64,000 nt of DNA from Laetmonice hystrix (taxonomy: Eukaryota). Position 1 is the first letter of the stretch; the number at the start of each line of letters is the position of its first letter. Below the pieces are notes generated by a model. It was not told where the DNA came from. It was given only the letters and a program-made list of their open reading frames with translations, and made no database searches. Below, piece by piece: positions 34,901 through 50,200 of the stretch. Made by a program: the position numbers and the translations under genes. The stretch lies in assembly GCA_965235115.1 (NCBI GenBank), contig OZ249436.1:32056001-32120000 (forward strand), given 5' to 3'.

Positions 34901-37623
34901 TCCGAAAAATCAATACAGAAAGATCCGCCATTTTGTGCTAACGAAATCCTTGAAGGTTGTCATCTGCAATTACACTTATTTAAGCGACTTTCGATCCCCA
35001 AACATTTTGTAGGGAAACCAGGGAGTCTGAAAGCCAAACTAGCACCTCCATAAATCCTCACCCTGTTTCTCTATTAGCAACTTTCACAAAACAAATCTGG
35101 TGCTTACCAAGAATGGGCGAACACTTGCCCTAAAATAGTAACATATAATTCCCCGCATACAACCGACTGTGACCGACCTCCTTGGCGTTCATTACAAACT
35201 TGGGGACTAAAAGCAAAATTACAACAAAACTTAGGTTCGATGGTTATGGCATCACAATGCAGGAGCAAGTATTACACTGAAATGAAGGCACTGAAAGACA
35301 TTCCATCTGATATGCACTGGAGACAATTATCCTCGGACCCTGACAAAGTGCAGCAAACAGAAACTGTAAAATGATAAAACAGCCCCAAAATTATGAAAAA
35401 ATAATGCCACCCTCCCCCCTGCACCCCACCGAAAAAAAACTACTTCAAAAGCAACCTTTTAAAAATCATAACACAAAAAAATTGAAATAAATCAAGTATA
35501 TCAAATGAGTATACTTTCATCAGATACAATAATCCGACGCGGAGTTGCGTATTTATCACGTCATTATGCTGTACATCAACACAAGTAACTTTCCTTTCCA
35601 AGTACTGTACTCCAAACTCCCACTACAACAACCCCTCCTAAACATTCTACCACCCGATCGCTTTCGTTCTGCTCAATAAGACCTTCGTCTCCTGAACATG
35701 TTGATGAGGCCCTTGATATTATCATAATTTATTGTTCATCAAGTAACCTGAGTTCGAACAATCTCCTCATATCCCTGATTCCATTCACCACATACGTCGG
35801 TCGCATTACTCGTTCCCTGCCTGTGCAACCATAATGTGTCTACCCCACACATCTAGACGCGGGTTACAGAAGCCACAAACAGCGTGGATATGTCGTTACA
35901 TATGGGGGATACACACCGAGACATGGCGACTTTAAGGCTGGGTAACACTGGGGAGTAGACATTATGATCATCGATATAATCGTCATTATCATTACCTACA
36001 CGACAGTTATATATACACTTGACACCCATGATTGTCTCTCAACAAAACGGTAGGTAGGGAAAATATGGCAATAGAGGAAGAGGTTTTTTTTGCACATTTA
36101 TACACAACTGCCAATTACCAGTATTACATTCCCTATCATTGTTTTTAATATAATGTGAAGCAGGTTTAAATAGGAGTACCAAAAAGAAGATCTGGCTCTG
36201 AACTATGGAAAGATGACTATAGATTTACAATATGACACACCGTGGACCTGACGTCAAATATGTTAAGGCGTGACTGAGAAGAGACTCGATGCGGTATGGT
36301 AAAAATCGGCAAGCCTAAAGACCAAGCGTTCAAAATTAACTTCACTCTCAGGCTGACCGAACTCCTGATAGAATACGTCGTAAATTATATCTACAAAAGT
36401 CCTCCTGTCTATTATCTTATCATTTAGTGTGGTTGAGATAGATATGAATTTCACCTTCACTTGATGAGAACAACTCTAAAAAGAATGGCATTTAGGTATG
36501 AGGAAGCAACACTTCCTAAACCTTGAGTAAGGCATCGAGTCATAAAAACAATGGCTATATAATATACCCATCAGGAGGGAGCATTATACATATTTACATA
36601 CAGTGTATATTTTATAATGATTGCACGAGAAATAAAGAACTTTAGCAATTGTTCTAAACGCTTCTTCCAGATCGCTGATATGGCGTCTTCCAGTCTACTC
36701 TCAATTTCGGAAGCCTCCTCTACCATTAAAAAAACATTGTTATACAAGTCTTCCCACTGAAATATGGCGCAAAAACTGTGGCAGTCAAGTAGAAATCGCT
36801 CAACAACATATTACAATACAACATGTACATGTAGACTTATTATTCGTTTGCGTAGCCTGTAGAATAAGTAGGTATTAGCATGTGCGTGTATGTCACTAAT
36901 ACACTGATGATATTGTGTAGTAGTACAAAGACATGTAGTAACCAAGAACTAACACCAAATGCCTTTAACACAGTTTCTTGTTTTGTGCATTCATGGATTA
37001 CTGGATACACCTTCTTTTGCAATGCATAAACATTTACAGAGTAACATCACAAACAACGATCTTCAATTATCGGTCTTGTGTCAATATCATCATGACAGAA
37101 TGAACGCATTTTAATGCCACTGATGGGAAACAGAAAGAACACTGGCAGCCTGTATCAAGTACAAGACAAATTCAAGGGAACGTCAGTCGTGACGAGACAG
37201 TGAAACAGAGAAAGTCAGTGTACACAAAACAGCAGTCAGAAACCTGCTTTCACACTGGGACTTTACAATTTCTACATTTGTTCAGGACATTGTTTTCCAC
37301 AATATAGATCGCACAACATCACCAGGGTGGTCGGAACAGAGAGGGGAGCCTCCCCCGTCCCCCTTTACACCACAAAAAGTCACTTTTTTTTTGTTTCTCT
37401 CAGTGCTGTCTTCGTCCTAATTTTAATGCAGAATGATGCAAGCCCTTTCCAATTTCACTAACCAACTGCACCAGATACGTGAGAGAAAAATGTGCCTAAA
37501 GCTAAGCATACAATGCATTATATTCGTTGTAAACAATATATTTGACTTACGACCGTTTAGTCGGACTGTGTGGGCTTATCTAGAATGCAACGCAATTTAC
37601 GCTTTTTAAACTTAAAGTCCGCG

Positions 37624-37683
37624 GGCTTGAAGTATCTGTATCAGGCTTGAAGTATCTGTATCAGGCTTGAAGTATCTGTATCA
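37624..37683. repeat. Tandem repeat, 20-bp unit, 3 copies
   Basis: ggcttgaagtatctgtatca x3. Confidence 0.85.
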
Positions 37684-38618
37684 CGCCCATGAATTTTGAG
37701 TCGGGACAAACACTGCTCATCACGTGACCCCACATCTCGAAAGGAAGACAAAATCACAATACTATCCAATAACGCGTAAAATCCATTTCCACTTGGAAGT
37801 TATAATTACCTGTAGGTTTACTTATGATCAATGACTCAGAAAGGAATAATTACTTATCAATACAGTATGTGATACATTTTTTACCCCACCTTGTGGTCAC
37901 TGATATGCTTTTTAACCACCTATATCTACAGCGGGAGAAAGTAAAATATCATAACTTTATCAAGCAAGTGAGAAAACGAGGGGTAATTGCTATTAAACCT
38001 AATTTCCAATCACCTCCTGGCGGATGGGGGGGGGGGGGGTTAATTACAGTGTAGACAGGATATGTCATGCTTCTGATTTTGCTGCTATATAATTTGTTTG
38101 CAACTGAAAATGACGACAGTCGACCGCCAGATCACCACAATTACTACATCCAGAAAAAAAGACGGCATTCGATTCCGTCCAGTTTGTTCTCTTTGGCTGT
38201 ACAGCTGGCCTCAGACGAGCTTCTATATCTCAAGCAGACATTGTAAGAAATCACCTAATATAATGATGACTCCAATAGTATGTGGGTTATTCGAACTGTT
38301 CTGGCTTCAGGCCTCAGTAATCTACAGTAATCTACTGGTCACAAGTCGTGCCGACATCTCCCAGTAGATGGCGCACCGATTTCTGGCGTGATTGACTGTG
38401 TCAGAGATCGTTGGAATCATTCTGAGACAAAGCGATACTATAATCTTATCTCTATACACGCATTTATGATACGTGATCGTATCCAGCCATAGTTTCTCTC
38501 ATATTATGTGGACTATTTTATCTACCTTTTTATTTTTACGTTACTCTGGAGAACGTGTAGACTTTTGTTGCTATACCTCAGACGGCGGAGGTGTCATCGA
38601 TGGGTGTGCCAGGCCCAG

Positions 38619-38794
38619 GCCCCGGTTTTTAGTTCGTCATTTTACCAATCTTAAGACTGGGATTTTATGACTGACTTGTGTTATGGTCTCTCATTGGCTG
38701 ACTTCATTTGAAGGACCAATCAGAAGCTCTGAAACAAGAGTTCAGTCTTAAGATTTGAATCTTAAGACTCGGTTTGCAAACTAAAAACCTGGGC
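38619..38794. mobile_element. PIF/Harbinger-like MITE
   Basis: TIRs gccccggtttttagtt / aactaaaaacctgggc, with a CAG direct repeat on both sides. Confidence 0.7.
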
Positions 38795-40745
38795 CAGGGG
38801 TTCTAAAGTGTTAGGTTAGTATAGTTTTACATCAGGGGCATTTCAACCTCCTTTATGTCTCTAGTGATCGTTTTTTTACATTATTTCACATCGGTACCCT
38901 AAATAACATTCACAGTGATCGTAAAAAATATTTGAAAACGATTTGGCAAGTACAGTATCTCGGTATCCACTTTTCACTTTCAGCAGTACAAATAAAGCTA
39001 AGTAGAAAAAAATCCATAATAAAAGGAACACGCCATATCTGAGATGGACATACATTGATTATAAACTACAATGTAATTACTGGACTGGTGGCTGTTACAC
39101 CGAATCACATACCATTGCTATCTCGTGTACAGATGTCCCTGATCATCACGAGTCCAAGTCATTCTATTCGGCCTAAAACCTAATAATACAATCTACCAGC
39201 TTCAATTGCAAATTTTCTGATGTTAATTGGATTTTTCTCTGTAGACCAGGTAATCCGGAAAAAGAAACTCGATGGACCTTTCTAGAACAAAGAAATTGTT
39301 AATGCTACACATGGTTTCAGACCCCTTCCTTCATGTCTTCACTGTGTGAGAATTCTACCACATTGACAAAACATAACAGGCTGGGACACTGGGACACATC
39401 TACTTTGATCATTTTGACGAAACTATTTTAGAAAGACCGTGTTATGAGCATATTTAGTGCACCACATTTTGAGGCGACATAAGATCTTACCGACAATGGA
39501 AGCAAGTACTTTAATTATCCTACACACTTCTACTCTTAGATCGGCGCCTTCCTTGTTGATACATCTCACAAAATGAAACTTTTCACTCAACTAGGCTCCC
39601 CTGAACAATAGGCAGAATAAAATCAAGCAGATTTCTTTTCTGTATAAGGAGGCACTTAGAAAATAAGCAGGGAACAGTATCATTAGAATTTTCCCTTAGA
39701 AATTATCACACCTTTCATAAAAGCAACATGAGTGAAAGATTCAATATCAGCAAGTTATCCATTTTCACATGGACATACTGTGATACGCAACATAGTAGCA
39801 TAAACAACTTCTCACAATCCCCCTGGTATATTTTTTCGATGCTAAATCTACTTTTCTGATATTTAACGTGTATCAACGAGTATCAACGGGTGTGACACTA
39901 ATACAGTACATAATGCAGGCTGGCTAATTCCTGTCACTGATTTCCTGCCAACTATGCACGTAATATTAGGACTAGAAACAATGTTCACTTCATGCAGCAA
40001 AGCTTCCAATGGTTACCACATTTCTATGGGACTGAGTTCCGCTGCAGATATCAGGTGCATGGGATGGGCAGTGCTGGACTCATCTATATATAGCACCAAC
40101 CCAGCTCCACATGGCGATGGTATCACTTAACAATAATTATTATGAGTTATAAATGCACTTGGCAAAATATCACACTTTTGTGGTACATTAAAGATCTACA
40201 TGTCCGTCTATAGGCACACGTCATGCCATGTCCACGCAGAGGTCTGTACCGACACCAACCACAACCTTACAAACAGTGCAATGGGTGCCTCAACCAATCA
40301 TCATCGGGACTAAACAAAGAACAAATTACTATAAGCACCGCCTGGCTGTACCATTACCTTCCTGGAGGGGTTGACATAAACTCACGGAGACCCTTGTGGC
40401 AAACCGAATTCGTGGGTCAAGGTTCTTAAAATCAACAGGATTAAATTACCAGCAGCCAGTTATCCACTTTCACAAACAGCACACTGCATAATCAACTTTT
40501 CAATGTGAAACTATTGTGGTTTACATATGACACTTTAGATGCCGGAGTTAACATTCTCATGGCATCTAATGTGTCTTCATCAACCAAGTTAAGACGAAGA
40601 GATAATTGATTTGAATTATCTTGGGTACTACTTGAATCCGACTGGTTGAGATTGCTGCGTGCTGGGGGTGTCGGTAGAGACTCGCGCTCTCCGTTTAAAT
40701 CTCGGCACCACTGACATCAAGCAATCATGGTGCTATGTCCATATA

Positions 40746-41259
40746 TCATTGCAGCGTGTTGGACATGTTGGGGTAGCACTCCTTAAACGATTCCTCATCC
40801 TCTTCATCCTCATCTTCATCATCGTCCTCTCCATCATCCTCGCCGTCTCCACGCCGATGTCGCTCTGCCTCCTCCCCGAGCTGGAGGACGCACGAGTTGT
40901 CGACTGGAGCCTCCCGGTAGACGACCGCCTCCCGGAGTTCGCATTCTCCGTCAATACTTGTCATGTCAATGGAAATGGCGGCAACTGGCGCCAACATGCG
41001 CACGTGTGCCGCACTGTCCGGAGTGCGGTCGTTGACGTTGTCCTCGGAGAAGGCGCGCTCCTGTTCGGCCAGGTGGGAGAGTGGGACCTCGGGTTCCGAG
41101 TTGGTGGTGGTGTGGTCGGGAGTACTGAGGTCGGGATCTGTCTCGTACAGATCCATCATGGTGGGGTCGCGGAGCTCCATGAACTGGGTGGCCTCGGCCG
41201 CTCGCAGGACCCGCTGACACCACGCGTTCTCCAGCTCCACACAGTCCTGGTCCTCCTCC
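40746..41259 (-). CDS. Distal alternative terminal exon (B) of the large membrane-protein gene, with an acidic tail
   Basis: Acceptor tgtttgattccag|G GAG GAG, phase 2. GC-rich, codon-biased ORF REEDQDCVELENAWCQRVLRAAEA...DGEDDGEDDDEDEDEEDEESFKECYPNMSNTLQ*. Confidence 0.8.
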
Positions 41260-44200
41260 CTGGAATCAAACACATCTTAATGAAGTCAACCTAACCTTAA
41301 TAAGGTCGCCACTCTCAACTCTCATTAGGTACATTAGGTCCACCAACTGTATAGTATAGCGAAGGTCCTAGTAGACAATATTTTTTACAATTATTAGTAT
41401 TCAAGGAAACGAGGTCAAGAAAGGAATATAGATTTCAAAGGCAGGGTTAAAGTTTTCATGAGTTCACTCTGCTTTTGTGTAAATCTATTGTAAGAAAAGA
41501 TTTGGATGTCAACGATACCTGTCACTATATGTCAGCTACCGTTTTGTTATGCAATCTAAGATTGCAATTAGATAACACAGAAAACGGAACACCTGTATAG
41601 CACACATAAAGCACCTGAAGAAACTGCAGGAAAGGAAGAGCACATGCTAACCAACTATCGTTCACATGTAAGGATGTTCTAGCAATAACAATACTGGAAA
41701 CAAACAAAACAAAGGCCTCTGGAGATCATCTATCATTCCAAATCTGATTCGGTTCTCGGTTTAACCATCTATTACAGAAAACAAATACGAAAATCTCTAC
41801 TGATAACCTTCTGTTACTCGTAAAAGTGTGTATTATTTTCACAATCTCCAATATCACGTGCACCAAGAGTAAATACCCAACAATGGTCTGTGTAACATAC
41901 ACCCCCGCCTAGAGGCGTCTAAGAGCACCGTATACTCTCTCTGGGATTTGGTTCTTGGGTTAAAAGAAAAAACCCGTTTGAGATACAGTCCAAACATGCA
42001 TGTTTATTTGATATCACCAGTGATATACAATAACATTTCTATAACATTTATCATTTAGTATTATCAACTTTCCACTTATCCCAATATTGGGTTTGTGTCA
42101 CATAAAGTGATCTCATCAGGTCTGAGACAGATTCAAGAGTTCTGACCTAAGGCAATGAGAAAGATTTATTCTGAGAATTAAAGTGGAGCTTGTTAAATAT
42201 TTAAATTCACAGCCAGAAATGTTTTAACCTAGTTACGATACGACATATGTTACCATGTAATTCACGAGTGTATGTTTCGATTCGTAGAGTGTATGTTTCG
42301 ATTCGTAGCTGTATGTAAATGTAGTACCTTCGTGTCACATAATGGAATATTATTCGTCCAAGGTTTTTGCACAAGACCAGCTACAGTTAACAAGCATTTT
42401 CATCCAGCATCACACAATGTAAGATGTCCTATCTATCAAACTACCTTTACGGTACTTTTTTTCGTGCCTTCATACATTATCTAACAAATACAGCCTTATA
42501 CAACACCTTTATGTGTATATACTTCTTAGTACACGCGTGTGATTCAAGAAGCAAGCAGGGCTTAAGGTATTTTCAACACTGGACTGTGTGGTAGTTTAGT
42601 GTCAAAGTTGGACCACATAATAAACGTACCAGCTTTAAATGCAAATGAGTATCTCTTTTAACGATCACTGAACTAACCGACTCATGCACTGGTATTGGAC
42701 TGGAACATTGTCACGGGTCCAATGAAGGCTCACATTTATAGCCGTTTCCACAACAAATCCAACATTAAGCCATTACAACACGACCCATCACACAAAATTT
42801 GAACCATCGTCGACGTGTCATTACGTAAATTTTTGTATGTTTGAGTGTACATACGATACGCAATTCTTTGTTTCTACATGTATATGTTTTACCTTCTGAT
42901 CCTTAAAGGTGCTATTCGTGAAAAAAGTTCAATTTTTTTATTTTTAATTTTGTTGACGTTTACGTGATCCCACCTATCATGGAAATAGATTCACAACAAA
43001 GAAAATCAAAATTTTTCATGGATAACGGCACAAATGGGGCTCTCTCACAAGGCCTGTGGAGACCCTGACACGCCCCACCATAGGAAATGGCTCTATCTCG
43101 GTGCGCACCGAGATAGGTTTCAAATGCTGCACACAAACTAATAGAAGGTTTATGAGGCCAATGGTATCGGTAGGAATTTGTTCTAGTACTATGTGCACAA
43201 TGTATGATAGGAGAAATGCCATTTTGTGCGAGACGAATAGCACCTTTAAGATAACCATATCCGTACATTAAACACTAATTTGCTATGCTAGCCAGTATGA
43301 GGGAGACAGCTAAGTTTAATGTGTTTTTTTTTAATTCTTTTATATTACGCCGATGTGATCACTCAATATTTTCTTATATTCTTTTGCTGTGACACGATTC
43401 AGTCCTCGACATATCGGTACTTAACCTCCGATTTTCTGTATTTTTTTCCAGGTAGCGAGGAACAGACAAAGCTGCTTTGTGTCTTCACTAAATTACGCCA
43501 CCTTGGCCTTAGTCATCACATTATTTCTGCATTTACTTAACGTTACTTATGTACATGTATCTAATTTAGGAGGCCCTCAACAAAAAGAAGGATACACAAA
43601 ATATGGAAATCAACCAAACAGAAACATACGGCAAACACCAAACACTTTACAAGTAGAACCTTGAAACATAGTAAACAAAAGAAAACTGAACTAAACTCGT
43701 AACTTCAACATAAACCAGTAAAATAAACTGGTATCCGAGAGGTTATTTAATAAGAAGATTTTTAGTGCTAGTACCAATAAAGGAAATAATGACTATCCGC
43801 AATGCAACATGCAATAAAGTTGCACAAACTCTTCAACGTCATGATTCCAAGACAGACTGCATACAAATAGAATTCACTTTGCTGACTTAATCAAATTAAT
43901 AAAAGTTCGCCTTTCTCAGGACCGGGTGCACAACTGCGTCAAATGGAACTTTCTTTGTCTAGGGTCATCTCTAATTATAATAAGTGCAGATGCTTAGCCT
44001 AAATAAACCAGCAACGGTACAGTTATAGAAAATACATTCCCACCAATATGAAATAGAAAAAAAAGCAGCCGGAAGAGCTCTTTCACCCACTGTGGGAATA
44101 ATGAAAGCACATGAAGCCAGCCACATGATCACAATTGTATTACAGTAACAACTACATTACTTCAAAACCATCCCAATGTTTTGTTAAAAATTACTCTGTC

Positions 44201-47200
44201 TTAAGTTTAAGCGTCACGTGACGAGAGTAAGTGGGATAGATGTCCTCCCCTGGCGACTTGTCTCGCATCATGTCTTCAGAGTCAGTTGTCAGGAAATCAC
44301 TTTCCTCCGTGTCCGTTGTCAACGACTCACGACCGATGTCGTCGTGGGACACGTAGCTGGTGCTAGGGGCATTCCTAGCGCCATCGGGGGATTTGGCCTG
44401 GAAGGCGGCACTGACGATACGTTGCAGGGTGATGTTGTCGAGCGACAAGGCTGACTGTTCGTTCTCCCTACAGAAGCAAATATCACAAGCTCCAGTGCCG
44501 ACACTTTTGTTCTGGCGTGACGCCAGAGTGGGCATGAAAAAAGGAGCCATCCATTTTGGGGGCAAATTTAATTACGTCTGGCCTTGCTCTAAGCTTTTCT
44601 ATGTCACATCTCCATCTCCTGAGAGGTGTTGGAGACGTTCCTGTAGTGTATACACAGACTTAGTCACTTATCTATATTTTAAAGACTATCAGGACCCTTC
44701 GGGTACTTTTAGTTCCTACAAACAAGAGTCTGAATAATAATATGTTCCAACTCTCTCTGAAATGTTGTTTTAATTCTACGTCTTATCCATGACCTTCATA
44801 TCTACTAGAGGTCATCAGTTAACATTTAGAACTTATGTGGGGAAGAAATGAAACTTGGAAGAAATGGGGAAGGAAAGGCAAAGAATATCTGGTGCCAATC
44901 ACTTACATCGCATTTAACTAATTAAATGTGCACTGAAAAAAGTGCAGTTTCGGCTCACCAACATTTTGTTTTATACTGCTTTTCTTTATATCATCTTTCA
45001 AAGAGTCTCTTTCGAAAGAAGTATCAAGACTGAAAAGTATTGGGTTATTTTACTTAGGTCAATAAGCATGACAATTAAAAAAAGACATCACTCAGGGAAA
45101 TGGCTGTTACAATAATATGACACAAAATCAGGGAGGCATTAAATTTTTTACATTGCACATGCATGGGTTAATAAATGAAAACATAACTCAACTAAATAAA
45201 GTGCATAATCATATTCATAATTATGTACATGTATACAAGAGGCAAGAGTTAGGGGTTGTCCATGCAGAATCCAATTTACTGAGATCCTGTGTTCTCAACG
45301 CTCCAGATTCCATTCATCCTTCATCATATAAACTTTCAATTTTCATCAGCCTTCTCTCAGCCGGCTGCATCCAGCTACACACTTTACATGAAGCACATAT
45401 TACGCATATCTCAGAATTTGTACCCAGGTGCCAAAATTATCACGGGAAAAGAATCCAGTTCCAATGGCTCCCTCCTTTGACACGCCCACCTCAGACTGAG
45501 ATACACGTTCAAGTAGGAGACCTCGATATTCTGTAATCAACCACTACCTTACCTGATACAATGCTCGTAAAGATTTTCAGGTTAGTATATGCGAGTGTTG
45601 AGAGGTGGAACTCGTAACCTCCTCATCCCCCCTGATGACGTCCACTGAGCATGGTGAAGACAACCTACCTGTTGTAGATGAGGAGAGAGATGAGAGCAGG
45701 GTGGGGGATGTGGAGAGGGATTTCCAACTTGGCGATGTCAGAATACAGTCGGATCGGCTTCTTCCACAGACGTCGCCATCTCACGTGCCTGGAGTAAAAA
45801 GAAATTTAGTTGATATTTTTTTTGCAACAATTTGTATTTAATGAACTGTAAATAATTTTCAAAAGGCATAGCCCACCTTGGCGCATAGTAGTCTGCATAC
45901 TTGATGTTCTGTTTGAACGGGTTGAAGGTGTTGATGTCCATGCTGGGGGCATCGACATCAATATCTCCTAGAGAATACAGTGACTGCATTATTAGCCCAA
46001 ACATGAACCCAGATAACATGCTCATATTATGACCTTCACAGACAATAAAAACAATAATACTTCCCCAGATACACACATACGACTTTACCTCACACTTCTG
46101 GATCTCTGAATCAATTCCTTAAAATTGGATGCATTCCGTTACCATAACACATTTTAATGTTTCCACTGCTAGGACTCCTTTCCACTCTTTATGGCATACA
46201 ATATGTACAAAACAGTCATCAACACACAAAGAAATTGTCAGTATGACGGGCTCACCTTTTGGAGTATGGACTGCACTAACCACATCTAAATCATCACGAA
46301 ATTCTGCTGACTTTAGCATTTCAAGGTACCGACTCATGTTGAGATGCTTCACCTGAAAACAACAATGTACAGAAATGTATACAAATTTTAAAAACCTTAA
46401 ACAGCAGCAGTGTATCGATTAAAAAAAAAGAAGTTTCATTTAATACAAAAGAGCAAACCTCCAGTTTGAAGCACGTGTCTGTTTCTTCTAGTGGTGAGAG
46501 GAAGGATGCGGAGAAGATTTCACAGAGTAACTGGGTGGCCAGACCCTGCCAGTCGTTGACATCTAGGTGGCGTTCCTCCCAGAAGTCCTGCTCGGGCATG
46601 CTCAGACGAGAGATGACGTGATCAGGGTAAAAACTCTCCAACATCTTGGCTGTTTGTGTAACGGTGACCTGTTGGCATGACAACCATATAACTCAACTGA
46701 ACTCAATGTACTGAGCCTTTTATAAAAATATTTCACTTGCATTACCCATTTTTAAGATGCATACATGAGTATAATGTATGATTCACTAAGTAATGGTTGT
46801 CAGTGATATTTGAAAAGTGACAGCTCTGTTTGCCCTAGGGACAACCAAAAATCCTCAAAACCTACCTGGTGTAAGTTATTGGTATTGAGTGAACTAGACG
46901 TACCTTTAGTTCTCGACTTGTTAGTTTGATTCTACTCTTCAAGTCAGATGTGAGCCCCGTTTTCAAAAGCTGTCTTCGCCTACAAAAAAAATTCATTCCA
47001 CATAATATTAGACTACCATTAAAGTCTCCAAGCTGTGTCAGGCAGTTTGTATTGGCACACAGTTAAGCAAGTTTTTGATTTATCTGAAATGTTTTTCATT
47101 TATTAGGATTTCCAGGTCTCGTTTTTCCTTACTTGTCAACATCCTTTTTCAGCCTTCGGTGAAGTTCCTCCGTCTCTTTTGTGAGGTCTTGATATATGCC

Positions 47201-50200
47201 CTCCGTGGCTAGCACAGCGGAGAATGGCTTAAAGACACGCATTATGAAGGCGCTGGAACAGGCAAGGTTATACTTCGTCAAAATGACTTTGATTCAACAT
47301 GGTACACCACTTAACATCAAAGCATTTTATTGAAATGTTTATTGAAACTCAGTTATCTATAATGCCCACACTATATACCTGTAGTCCTGCACTGGTTGGT
47401 CTATAACTTGGTTGACATTGGTCTTCCATGCCTCCATCTCGTGAAGTTCCATCTGGGCCTCGACAGCAGCCAGTGCCTGCTCTGGGTGGATCTGGAATTA
47501 CAGCAGGTGCAGATGTTACCTGGACACAGATGTTACTTGGGCACAGATGTTACAGACTGGGTAATCATTCCTTTACTTGAGTATTAGAGAGAAAAATTAT
47601 ATCTCCAAATAGTATATGGAGTGTATGTTAAGCTGTGTTATCTTCAGTCTTCAACATATTCCATATTCTTTTATTAATACCAGGTCAACCTATCACAAAC
47701 AAAAGGACTCTATTCCAAAGTCATACCCTGTTGGAAATATAGAGACAAGTTTAAGTTAGGAAGTACCTGATAGAAGTAGTTGGAGGCAAGGCCAGGACCG
47801 GCAATCCGTCTAGCGACAAAACTGTCACATGCTGGCACTCTGCCTCGCTTCTTGATGATGGCGTGAAACATAAAGGCATCCCAGACGGCTCGTCCCCCTC
47901 GTTTCAGGACTCCCACTATACAACACCACAGACATGGTAAGTGAGAGACGGCCACCGCTGACTGCCAAATACAGGCCATCAGATTTGGATTCACTTTAAT
48001 CAAGTGGTATGGACCACTCACTAAACCTTTGTTACACAAAGTGATAATGTTTTGACAAGAAGTCATTTGTTTTTGTCTTTCTACAAGAAATATGCTGAAG
48101 CAATAAGGTCTTTACCAAACCTCAAATCCTGACCTGCCTCTGTGACTTTATAAAGAATTGCTTACTGCTAACGATAAGAGACAAACTGACCGAGGAGTAT
48201 GACTAGAGCAGCGAAGGGGCATGCCACAAGTCCGGCGAGGAGAGCCCCGATGGGCTGGAGGCAGCCTTGGATGAGCAGCTGCCAGACCAGCACCTCCCAC
48301 AGATACAGGATCCGGTTACTAGCGTCTGTCAAACCCAAACCACACCATCATCTACAATCTTTACTCCCTTCACAAGAACATGGTGAAATTTTAAAATGAT
48401 TACCTTTAATTTCCAACATTAAAAATCTAAATCTGAACTCATGAAATGAAAGAGCTGCTGACTAAATGATTCTTACCTGGATGGTCAAAGTCATAGATGA
48501 GAACTTCAAAAATGTGGACCAGCAATGTGACTACAGGCATCCTGAAAGATTAGTATACATTACAATTAGTTCTCTCTTACAGATTTTAATCCTACCCTTG
48601 TCAATAACACTTAGGAAATAGTACTTTGACAAGACAGTACCTTCAATCATTAACACATATGTGATCATCTATCATTTTCACCAAACCCTCATCATGATGA
48701 GGGCGTGTGCTGTATTTAACTTACCATAAGGGGGTGGTGAGAGCAGCCACAATGGACAGAATGGATGCTGTGACACAGAGGATGGGGAAAACGAGAACGA
48801 GCAGGAAGCTGCCCAAGGCACCCTTGATGCCGTAGTTCCAGAAACGGTTCACGTGCCGAGTAAAGGCCTTCCCCAGGAAACCTTCAATCAGAAACGCCCG
48901 TCCATCAAATCTTGCTTATATGAATGACTTTTCAGAATTCTTTGAATCCTGAGAAAAACGCCCCAGAAGTATGTATCTGTGACAGCGTTTCATCTGCTAA
49001 TGACAGCTGTGCCAACGTTACCTGTGTCTGGGGTGTTCTCAAATGTTGAGCGGGAGTGACGCACGTGACGCCATAGGGCACGTAACCGCGACGCCAGGGT
49101 ATGTGTCTGTGAAGACTGTTTGGGACACAGTGTACCCTACAAAGAGATGCCCATATGTAGCTCTTCTATCAACACTAAGGCTTTTACGGGAACTTGGTTG
49201 ACCTTCTTTGTCTAATCATTAAATAATCATTATTTCTTCACAACAAGAATATTGAAAATCACAAAGGGTCTATTCAAAATCTGTTTTTCTTATCTAATTT
49301 CTAATCATAAAGGTTTTTATATGCTAGAAATGTTTAAAAAGATTTATTCCACATACATTGACTTTGTTGAGTTTCAGATCTGGCATGAATGGATGTGGGA
49401 AGAAAAGGGCTCTAAAACTGACTGGGCTGCACCATGGTACTGCAACCTGGAAAAACACAGACAGAATAATCGGATTCATTATAAAACACAGACAATGGGA
49501 AACACTTTTACAGATATTCAGCCAATAAAAATCTCAGTTCTGGATAATACTGGGCTGTAAGTTTGCACTCAACATTCTTCTATTTTCAGGTTCAGTCACC
49601 TCACTGCACAAGAATCCAGTCAAGTTCTATACAACCTTGACTGGTAATTATTATTTTGCACTTACACAATTTTAACATTCCTGGCAGGTGGCCTACACTA
49701 ACAGGTGGCCTACTTACCCCAAGCCAAAACATGGCATTCAGCATCCAAGCGAATGTGCGATGAAAGTAGCAGATCCATCGCCAAAAGGGGTAGCGAGTGC
49801 TCGTTTTCCGCAGGATGTATTTCTGAACACTAAAGGTTGCCTGGAGAATTAAAAATACCATCTTTTGCTTAACACCTTTACCGATGAGACCTGGTAACAA
49901 AATGTCATGTCTAAATCCTTACCGAACACCAAAAATATGTTTGTTTGAATCTGAATCAAATTATTATGGTAATGAAAAGCTTCCATTACATGCTGACTTA
50001 CGGTACTAAGAACTTACCACTTACCAAGTACAGGAAATCCAAAAACATATAAAATCACAAACCTCATCTGGGTCAGGCTGTGGTGTGTTCATGGAAACAG
50101 GCGAGTTAACGATAACAGTTGGGATGACTTCTTCCTCCCCATACAGGTGGCGCTTTACAATCCAACGGCTTGGGCGCCAGATGCGATTTGCCCAAGTGAA

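Noticed and set aside
40659..41294. 211-aa plus-strand ORF with a hydrophobic stretch
   Set aside because: Antisense shadow of the acidic terminal exon on the minus strand.
41901..41940. Possible exon linking 44467-exon sequence to the distal exon
   Set aside because: It needs a weak donor (cac|gtgacg) and a weak AAG acceptor; the alternative-last-exon model fits better with strong sites.
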